Shown: positions 56,657-64,000 of the stretch, piece after piece
Position numbering within the stretch: position 1 is the stretch's first letter
Layout of the letters: every line of letters begins with the position of its first letter
DNA from: Candidatus Palauibacter ramosifaciens
GTDB taxonomy: Bacteria > Gemmatimonadota > Gemmatimonadetes > Palauibacterales > Palauibacteraceae
Assembly (NCBI GenBank): GCA_009845855.1
Contig: VXYT01000112.1
Coordinates: 8,472 to 72,471, forward strand
Direction: 5' to 3'
DNA length: 64,000 nt
Notes under the pieces: generated by a model
Database searches by the model: none
Seen by the model: only the letters and a program-made list of their open reading frames with translations
What the model was told of the DNA's origin: nothing
Translations under genes and position numbers: made by a program

Positions 56657-58231
56657 TCACCGCGGCGTGAGCAGCGCGGCCGGAAGCACCATCTCGTCGG
56701 GGCTCACTCCGCCGTGCAGGAAACTGTCCCGGTATCGATTCTGGTATTCCCGCAGCCTGGTCGGATAAACGAAGAAGTAGTCTTCGCGGCAAAGGGCGAA
56801 GGTCTTGTTGATCCCGCCGGGAGGCAGCCGCCATTCGTCGGAGTCCGAAGTCGACATGACCGCGGCCGGGTTCTCCACCTTCATGTCGTCGCCGATCTTG
56901 TAGCGCAGACTCGTTGACGCGTCGCGCCCGGCGTAGATCGTGGCGGGCCGCCGGCAGTGAATCGAACCGTGGTCTGTCGTGAGAAGGACACGGACGCCCC
57001 GCTGCGCGGCCAGTCGGAGCGCCTTCAGCGCCGGCGAACGCTCGAACCAGGTCACCGTCAACGAGCGTAGCGCGCTGCTGTCCTGCGCCATCTCCCAGAT
57101 GAGGCGCGACCGCGCCCTCCCGTGCGTGAGCATGTCCACGAAGCCGAACACAAGCGCCGTGGCCGAAGGGGAGGACAGGTAGCCGCCGAGCCGCGCCAGC
57201 ATGGGCTCGCTCTCCTGGGCCGAGAAGATCTTCTCGTAGTGCACGGGGATCCGCGACGCAGTCAGTTCGTGGATATGCCGTTCGAAGAGTTCATCTTCGA
57301 ACGAGTTGTAGCCGATCTCGCTCCCTCTCTCCCACCAATCGGGATAACTCTCGGCGAGTTCGTCCGCGAAGGTGCCTCCGAAGATTGCGTTGCGCGCAAA
57401 CGGAGTCGCGGTGGGTAGCAGGCCCGCGTAGAGCGCCTCCTCGATCTCGAAGTATTCGCTCACGATGGGGAGGACAGCCCGCCACTGGTCCAGCCGCATG
57501 CAGTCCATCACGACGAGGAGCGCCGCCGGATCCTCGTCCAGGATCGGGCGGAAGAAGCGAGGCAGCACGTCCACGGAGAGGGTCGGCCCCGGCTCGCCTC
57601 CCTCATGCACCCACTCTCCGTACCGATCCGCCACGAGATCGCAGAAACCGCGGCTCAGGTCGGTGTGCAGCCCTTTGAGGATCTCGCGCAGGCCCGACTC
57701 GCCGGCCTCCTCGAGCTTCAGGTCCCAGTCGACGAACTCGGAATACAGGTCGGCCCAATCCCGCCACGAAGCCGCCGTGGAGACCCGCTCCCGCAACTCG
57801 CCGAAGCGGCGCGAGAAATCGCGCGTGATGTGCTCGTGGCGCAGGGCCGGGCCGGCGAGGAGCCGCGTCACGACCGACAGCACCTGTCGGGGGCTCGTCG
57901 GCTTGACGATGTAATCGTCCGCCCGCCGTCCGATCGCCTCGTGCATGGTCGATTCTTCTTCGCTCTTCGTGACCATCACCACGGGAAGGCGCGGGGCGGA
58001 ACTCCGGATGCGGTCGAGCACCTCGATCCCGCGCAGCCCGGGCATCCGCTCATCCAGCAACACGAGATCGTAGGAAGCCGCCGTCAGGAGTTCCATCGCG
58101 TCCTGGCCGTTCATCACGGCATCCACGTGATATCCCGACGATCGCAGCAGCATGAGATGCGGACGCAGCAGGTCGACTTCGTCGTCCACCCACAGGATCC
58201 GGCCCGCCGCGGTCTTCGTCCCTTCGGTCAT
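56657..58231 (-). CDS. response regulator: CheY-like receiver + PglZ (alkaline-phosphatase-like) domain; PorX-like
   Basis: N-terminal REC: ILWVDDEVDLL...YDLVLLDERMPGLRGIEV...VVMVTKSEEE (phospho-acceptor Asp in LLDERMPG). C-terminal ~350 aa resemble the PglZ/AP superfamily (VVMDCMRLDQW..., LLTTDHGS). The 524 aa length matches PorX-type regulators. Confidence 0.7.
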   Translation of the reverse strand: MTEGTKTAAGRILWVDDEVDLLRPHLMLLRSSGYHVDAVMNGQDAMELLTAASYDLVLLDERMPGLRGIEVLDRIRSSAPRLPVVMVTKSEEESTMHEAIGRRADDYIVKPTSPRQVLSVVTRLLAGPALRHEHITRDFSRRFGELRERVSTAASWRDWADLYSEFVDWDLKLEEAGESGLREILKGLHTDLSRGFCDLVADRYGEWVHEGGEPGPTLSVDVLPRFFRPILDEDPAALLVVMDCMRLDQWRAVLPIVSEYFEIEEALYAGLLPTATPFARNAIFGGTFADELAESYPDWWERGSEIGYNSFEDELFERHIHELTASRIPVHYEKIFSAQESEPMLARLGGYLSSPSATALVFGFVDMLTHGRARSRLIWEMAQDSSALRSLTVTWFERSPALKALRLAAQRGVRVLLTTDHGSIHCRRPATIYAGRDASTSLRYKIGDDMKVENPAAVMSTSDSDEWRLPPGGINKTFALCREDYFFVYPTRLREYQNRYRDSFLHGGVSPDEMVLPAALLTPR

Positions 58232-58241
58232 GTGCCGCCTT

Positions 58242-59303
58242 TCAGGTGTTCAGATATGAGCGCATGGCCCGCTCCAGCTTAAGCATGACATCCTCGACGC
58301 GGATCCTCGACATGCGTCGGCGCCGGGTGTCGCGCGACGGCTTTCGCTCGACGTCGGCGCCGGCCCGGCCGCGAAACCGGTCCACCGTGAGGTCCGTGAA
58401 CCGGCCGTAGGGACCGCTGCGTTCGGGGTCCGTGTACCCGTACAGTCCGATGGTCGGCGTCCCCAGCGCCACCGCCATGTGCAGAGGACCCGTGTCCGGC
58501 GCCAGCACGAGGTCGCTCGCGTAGAGCCGACCCGCCAACTCCCGCAGCGTGCCGCCCAGCGCGACGCGCGGCGGAGCCCCGCACAATTCCCCGAGGCGGC
58601 GGGCATCCCGCAGCTCCTCTTCGGAGTCTCCTCCCAGGAGGACGGGCTGAAGACCCAGATCGCCGGCCGCCGCATCGATTACCCGCGCCGTGCCCTCGAG
58701 GGTCCAGTTTCTGCGGGCGTTGGAACTCCGGGGCACGACGGCAAGCACCGGGCGCGAGAATCGCTCCCGCCACCGCGCCGAAACCTCCCGTTCCGCCTCC
58801 GTGAAATGAAAACGCCACTCCAGGCGTCGCGGGACGCCGAGATGGTCGAGGAACTCGAACAGTTCGTCCTGAATGTGGGCTACGGGGGCCGACGGGATGC
58901 GGCGGTTGGTGGCCAGCCAGCTCAGGTCGCGGGCGCGCGTGCGGTCATGGCCCAGGCGCTTCGGGGCGCGCAGGAGACGCGTGACCACCCCTCCCTTGAA
59001 GTTCGGCTGCAGACAGATGACGAGATCGAACGTCTCTGCCGCCACCTCGCGCCGAAAGCGGGAATAGGCACGGGCGCCGAGCCGTCGGTGAAAGAGCTGG
59101 ATCCGGTCCACGTCCGGCCGGCCGGCCATCAGCGTCGCGGGGCCCGGTTGCAGCACCCAGGTGATGTGGGCGGCGGGCCACGCCCGTCGGAGGGACGCGA
59201 CGATGGGCATCCCCTGGACGGTGCTTCCCACCGCGCTCATGAGCACGATGGCGACCCGGCGCGGCGGAGCGTCGGCGCTCCGCGGGGATCTATCCGGCCG
59301 CAT
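58242..59303 (-). CDS. family 9 glycosyltransferase (LPS heptosyltransferase-like)
   Basis: VAIVLMSAVGSTVQGMPIVASLRRAWPAAHITWV... and the C-terminal LGGTLRELAGRLYASDLVLAPDTGPLHMAVALGTPTIGLYG are GT9 motifs. Start uncertain: ATG 59303, or the ORF-track 59423. Confidence 0.8.
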   Translation of the reverse strand: MRPDRSPRSADAPPRRVAIVLMSAVGSTVQGMPIVASLRRAWPAAHITWVLQPGPATLMAGRPDVDRIQLFHRRLGARAYSRFRREVAAETFDLVICLQPNFKGGVVTRLLRAPKRLGHDRTRARDLSWLATNRRIPSAPVAHIQDELFEFLDHLGVPRRLEWRFHFTEAEREVSARWRERFSRPVLAVVPRSSNARRNWTLEGTARVIDAAAGDLGLQPVLLGGDSEEELRDARRLGELCGAPPRVALGGTLRELAGRLYASDLVLAPDTGPLHMAVALGTPTIGLYGYTDPERSGPYGRFTDLTVDRFRGRAGADVERKPSRDTRRRRMSRIRVEDVMLKLERAMRSYLNT

Positions 59304-59409
59304 CCCGGTACAGAAGTTGGCGGACCGTGCCAAACCCGCGGGGCGGAACCGGCGCGGGAAAGACCCGCCCGGGCTGACAACGGCCCGAAAACACAGTAAT
59401 CTCGGGGCG

Positions 59410-60888
59410 ATGCGAACTCTCACCCGCTACATCCTGAGTCGTCACGCCGGGCCGTTCATCTTCGCCGTCATCGGCACCACGGTGCTGCTCCTCCTCGACC
59501 AGGTGAGCAAGCGCTTCGAGCGGCTCATCGGCAAGGACCTCGAGTGGACGGTGATCGCCGAGGTCTTCGCCTACTCGATCCCCTTCATCCTCGCCCAGAC
59601 CCTGCCGATGGCCGTGCTCATCGCCGTCCTGTACGTCTTCAGCCGGATGGAGGGCGACTTCGAGATCACAGCCGTCAAGGCGAGCGGCATCCCCCTGTCG
59701 CGGGCGATGGCCCCGCTTCTCGTCTGTGCCGTCATTCTCGCCGGCGGAATGACCTGGTTCAACAACACGGTCCTGCCGCAGTCGAATCATCACCTGCAGG
59801 TGCTGCTCACGGGAATCGGCCGCAAGAAGCCGACCTTCAACCTCCGGGAACATACGATCAACGAGGTGCTCCCGTCCCATGTCTACGTACACCCCGGCAT
59901 GATCGACCGGGAAGAAAGCGTGGTTCACGATGTCGCGATCTACGATGAGCGGAACGGCCAGGAGAGCCGCTCCATCTATGCGACCCGCGGAAAGATGGGC
60001 TTTTCGGAGGAGGGAGAGGACCTCTACTTCGACCTCGAGGACGGCGTCGTCCAGGTACGCATGAACGAACGTCCGCACGCCTTCCGGCGCATCGCCTTCG
60101 AGCGGATGCTGCTCAAGATCCCGGATGTAGCGAACGGACTCGAGCGGGATACCGCGGCCATTCGCGGCGATCGCGAGATGAACATCGCCGACATGCGCGT
60201 GGAGGCGGATCGCGGCGCGCAGATGGCGGACGCGGCGCGTTCGGAGAGTCTCGCGTACGCGCGGGCGATCACCGGCATGCTGCTGGATTTCGAGCAACCT
60301 CTCGCGGACGCGCCGGTGCCGGGGCCCGGGCCGGCGGACGGCGCCTGGACCCCGGAGGGCGAGACCCGCGACTGGGAAGATGACATCTCCGACCTGGAAC
60401 GCGGGAGAGATCGCCTCCCCGCGACACCCGGAACGCCCGCGGGGCGCGAGATCGAGCCGGGACCCGCGCAGGAAGCCGCCGCGCCGGACTCCACGACGCA
60501 GGTCGCCGAGAGCGCGGCCCGCCGCTTCTACTCCGCCTCCGATGCCGCGAACCAGTTCCAGTCATACGCCGAGCGGGAGGTCACGGGCCTTCGCCGCATC
60601 AACCAGTACTGGGTCGAGATTCACAAGAAGGGGACGATCCCGGCTGCGTGCATCGTCTTCGTCCTCCTCGGCGCCCCGATCGCCGTGCGGTTCCCGCGTG
60701 GGGGGGTCGCGCTCGTCGTCGGCGTCAGTCTGGGCATCTTCGGAGCGTATTACGTCTCGCTCATCGGGGGGGAGCGACTTGCCGACCGCCTCTGGATCTC
60801 GCCGCTCTGGGCCATGTGGGCCCCGAACGTCATCTTCGGCGCGGCGGGGCTCGTGGCCCTGGCGCGCTCCACCAAGGTGATGCGCTGA
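59410..60888 (+). CDS. lptF: LPS export ABC permease LptF/LptG family (first of a pair) with a ~130-aa low-complexity periplasmic insertion
   Basis: MRTLTRYILSRHAGPFIFAVIGTTVLLLL... is a YjgP/YjgQ-type N-terminus. The C-terminal TM helices are IPAACIVFVLLGAPIAV.... The ATG at 59410 is internal to the ORF-track ORF that starts at 59161. Confidence 0.8.
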   Translation: MRTLTRYILSRHAGPFIFAVIGTTVLLLLDQVSKRFERLIGKDLEWTVIAEVFAYSIPFILAQTLPMAVLIAVLYVFSRMEGDFEITAVKASGIPLSRAMAPLLVCAVILAGGMTWFNNTVLPQSNHHLQVLLTGIGRKKPTFNLREHTINEVLPSHVYVHPGMIDREESVVHDVAIYDERNGQESRSIYATRGKMGFSEEGEDLYFDLEDGVVQVRMNERPHAFRRIAFERMLLKIPDVANGLERDTAAIRGDREMNIADMRVEADRGAQMADAARSESLAYARAITGMLLDFEQPLADAPVPGPGPADGAWTPEGETRDWEDDISDLERGRDRLPATPGTPAGREIEPGPAQEAAAPDSTTQVAESAARRFYSASDAANQFQSYAEREVTGLRRINQYWVEIHKKGTIPAACIVFVLLGAPIAVRFPRGGVALVVGVSLGIFGAYYVSLIGGERLADRLWISPLWAMWAPNVIFGAAGLVALARSTKVMR

Positions 60889-60892
60889 CCCC

Positions 60893-61969
60893 GTGAAGCT
60901 GCTCGACCGCTACGTCCTTTCCCAGTTCCTGAGGATATTCGCGGCCTGCGCGCTCGGCGTGCCGTTCCTCTTCATGGTCATCGACATCGCCGACAACCTC
61001 GACAGGTTCCTCGACCAGGGGTCGACCTGGTCGCAGATCGTCCTCCACTACCTGTACGGGTTCCCATACCATTCGCTGCTCGGGTTCCCGATTGCCGCCC
61101 TGCTCGGGTCCGTGTTCACGGTGGCCTCCATGTCCCGGCACTTCGAGGTCGCGGCCGTCAAGGCCGGCGGCGTTTCGTTCTATCGGCTCGCCCTCCCGAT
61201 CCTTTGCGGCGCTACGCTGCTCAGTTTCGTCGCGCTCGGCCTCACGGAACTCGTCGCCGTGACGACGCGGGAATCGGCCGAAGTCCTCGAGCAGGAGGAG
61301 GCCCGCAGCCAGACGATCCGCAACTCCTTCGTCTACCGGGGAGACGAAGGCCTGGTATACAAGGCGCGACTGCTCGACGCGCGCGAAGGCCGGATGGACG
61401 ACGTGCAGATCGAGCGGAGGGGGTCGGGGCCCGACTTTCCGACCATACACATCACGGCCAACGTCGCGCGGTACGACTCGGCGTCCTCGCGCTGGGTGCT
61501 CGAGCGGGGATGGATGCGCGAGTTCCGCGGCCCGGAGGAGGAGACCGCCTACGAGTTCGGCGAGTTGTTCGTGCGGCAACTGGATGAGACGCCCGAGGAG
61601 CTTCAGGCCAGGCCCAAGGAACCGGACGAGATGCGCTACGCGGAACTGGGGCGCCTCATCGAGGCCGTCGAACGGTCGGGCGGCACGACGAACGGGCTCA
61701 GGACCTCCCGCGCGCAGCGCATCGCCTTCCCCTTCACATGCCTGGTGATCGCCGTGTTCGGCATACCGCTTGCGCAGAGCAACAAACGCGGCGGCGCGCC
61801 GACCTCGATCGGAATCGCGCTCGGGACGACGATCCTCTTCCTGACTCTGATCCGCATCGCCGAGGCGATGGGCGCGGGAGGGGCGCTGTTGCCGGCGGCG
61901 GCGGCCTGGCTGCCCAACGTCATCTTCTTCGGCGCCGGCCTCCTGCTATTCGCAAAACTGCGTACGTAG
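60893..61969 (+). CDS. lptG: LPS export ABC permease LptF/LptG family (second of the pair)
   Basis: GTG start. (M)KLLDRYVLSQFLRIFAACALGVPFLFMVIDIADNLDRF... is the YjgP/YjgQ architecture. Confidence 0.8.
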   Translation: MKLLDRYVLSQFLRIFAACALGVPFLFMVIDIADNLDRFLDQGSTWSQIVLHYLYGFPYHSLLGFPIAALLGSVFTVASMSRHFEVAAVKAGGVSFYRLALPILCGATLLSFVALGLTELVAVTTRESAEVLEQEEARSQTIRNSFVYRGDEGLVYKARLLDAREGRMDDVQIERRGSGPDFPTIHITANVARYDSASSRWVLERGWMREFRGPEEETAYEFGELFVRQLDETPEELQARPKEPDEMRYAELGRLIEAVERSGGTTNGLRTSRAQRIAFPFTCLVIAVFGIPLAQSNKRGGAPTSIGIALGTTILFLTLIRIAEAMGAGGALLPAAAAWLPNVIFFGAGLLLFAKLRT

Positions 61970-61993
61970 GAGACCCGGCCCGGTCAGCCGTGG

Positions 61994-62959
<966 letters not shown>

Positions 62960-63144
62960 GGCGGCCGAATATGCGCGGCCGGCGGGCCGCGGCCAAACGG
63001 CGGCGGGCGGCGGGGGGCCGGCGTCTCTCCACCGCTTGACCGAAGACAACCCGAAGCCGACATTCCCGGTCCCGCCGCCGACCGGGCCGCGGGAAACCGA
63101 AGGCCGAAGACAGAGGAGGTCTCGCGATCCCGCGCGCGACACCG

Positions 63145-64000
63145 GTGCCGGAATGGGTGCCCGATCTTCCCGCGACCCCGGGCGTCTACGTTTTCGGGGA
63201 TGCGCACGGGCATCCCCTCTACGTGGGGAAGAGCGTCAACCTGCGGCGGCGCGTGCGGGGCTACTTCTACGCGGGCGGGCCAACGAACGAGCGCCTGGCC
63301 GAGATGCTGCGGATCGCCCGGGGCGTCGAGGCATACCCGACCGGGAGCGACCTCGAGGCGCGGCTGGTGGAGGCGGAGCGCATCCTCGGCCAGCGTCCGC
63401 CCTACAACCGGGCCCTCAAGCGGCGCGGCGCCGGCTGGTATCTGGAACTGCGCCGGAACGAACCCTTCCCGCGGCTGCGCGTCGTGCGCCGCCCGCGCCG
63501 GGCCGGGGCCCGCTACGTCGGTCCCTTCTGGAGTCGCCGGTTGCCCGAGCGCATCCGTCGCCTCGTCGAGAAGATCGTCCGGTTGCGGAGTTGCGCCGAA
63601 GCCGTGCATCCGAACCCCGCGCGGAGCCCGTGCATGCAGTTCGACATGGACCTCTGCACCGCGCCCTGCGCGCGCCGCGTGGGACTCAACGCCTATCGGC
63701 GACAGGCGGAAGCGGCCGGGCGCCTGCTCGCAGACCCGGGCTACGCATGGGAGCTCATGGACCGTTTCGCCGAGGCACGCGACGCCGCCTCTGAAAGACT
63801 CGAGTTCGAGCGGGCCGCGGCGGCGCAACTTCGGCTCGACTGGATCGAGGAACTCGAGGAACTTCGGTTCCTGCTGGAGCCGGGAGCGGAGCCGCACTCC
63901 TGGCTCATCGTGCTCCCCGGGCTCGACGAGGCGCACCGGATGTTCCAGCCCGTGGCGCGGGGCCAGGTGCTCCGGCGGCGCCGCGTGTCGTGGGCTGAGG
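63145..64000 (+). CDS. GIY-YIG nuclease domain protein (UvrC/Cho-like excinuclease N-terminus), 3'-truncated at window end
   Basis: Frame +1 from GTG 63145 (or GTG 63157) reads [41 protein letters not shown]...[14 protein letters not shown]...VGPF.... The GIY-YIG core is followed by a Cys cluster ([26 protein letters not shown]) like the UvrC N-domain. The frame stays open to 64000. It is not in the ORF track because no stop falls inside the window. Confidence 0.65.
   Translation, partial: MPEWVPDLPATPGVYVFGDAHGHPLYVGKSVNLRRRVRGYFYAGGPTNERLAEMLRIARGVEAYPTGSDLEARLVEAERILGQRPPYNRALKRRGAGWYLELRRNEPFPRLRVVRRPRRAGARYVGPFWSRRLPERIRRLVEKIVRLRSCAEAVHPNPARSPCMQFDMDLCTAPCARRVGLNAYRRQAEAAGRLLADPGYAWELMDRFAEARDAASERLEFERAAAAQLRLDWIEELEELRFLLEPGAEPHSWLIVLPGLDEAHRMFQPVARGQVLRRRRVSWAE

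Overview
64 kb of ~70% GC chromosomal DNA from a Gram-negative, LPS-producing bacterium (LptFG, MsbA, LpxL-like, TolC, MlaD/MCE). The gene content (BNR/sortilin beta-propeller, PorX-like REC-PglZ regulator, ECF sigma pairs) fits Gemmatimonadota or a related FCB-group lineage; this is an inference. Coding density is very high. Many neighbouring genes have 1-4 nt overlaps (ATGA, GTGA, TAATG), and one is an apparent CTGA overlap. The roughly 58 supported CDSs fall into the following groups. (1) The window opens inside a truncated fabH; downstream sit a hypothetical secreted protein, an anti-sigma factor with a CBM48-like domain and its ECF sigma, then a D-serine-deaminase-like (alanine racemase domain) gene, XdhC and the etfBA operon. 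(2) One long plus-strand gene string from 7.4 to 18.9 kb carries a second ECF sigma/anti-sigma pair, an LTXXQ (CpxP/Spy-like) periplasmic protein, a TolC + MFP + MacB-type permease set with no ATPase, a hypothetical protein, a patatin-like phospholipase, and an SbcD-like nuclease coupled to a membrane-anchored SbcC/YhaN-like ATPase. (3) Housekeeping genes: FNR, pgsA, ssb, an MCE protein, rho with a ~560 bp leader, a large BNR/sortilin protein, FmdB, gyrA, thyX, glpK, and gyrB-DUF721-recF. (4) A duplicated pair of small secreted cysteine proteins flanks an NHL beta-propeller lipoprotein; each copy has a conserved 5' leader hairpin and the same 3' palindrome. (5) An XRE-HTH/ImmA-IrrE metallopeptidase fusion is coupled to a PIN-like small ORF and has a palindromic operator, in a locally AT-richer patch. 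This is a candidate toxin-antitoxin or abortive-infection-like module. (6) hbd, an SPFH protein, thiolase and an LeuB-like gene, with a 16-bp x4 tandem repeat in the hbd promoter. (7) An LPS/envelope cluster: CorC, DUF3108-like, GT2, LpxL, MsbA, a PorX-like REC-PglZ regulator, GT9, LptF/G, Gmd, and a truncated GIY-YIG (UvrC-like) gene at the window end. I did not find rRNA, tRNA, a CRISPR array, a transposase or an integrase. Most of the other long six-frame ORFs are GC-driven artefacts antisense to, or out of frame with, the real genes.
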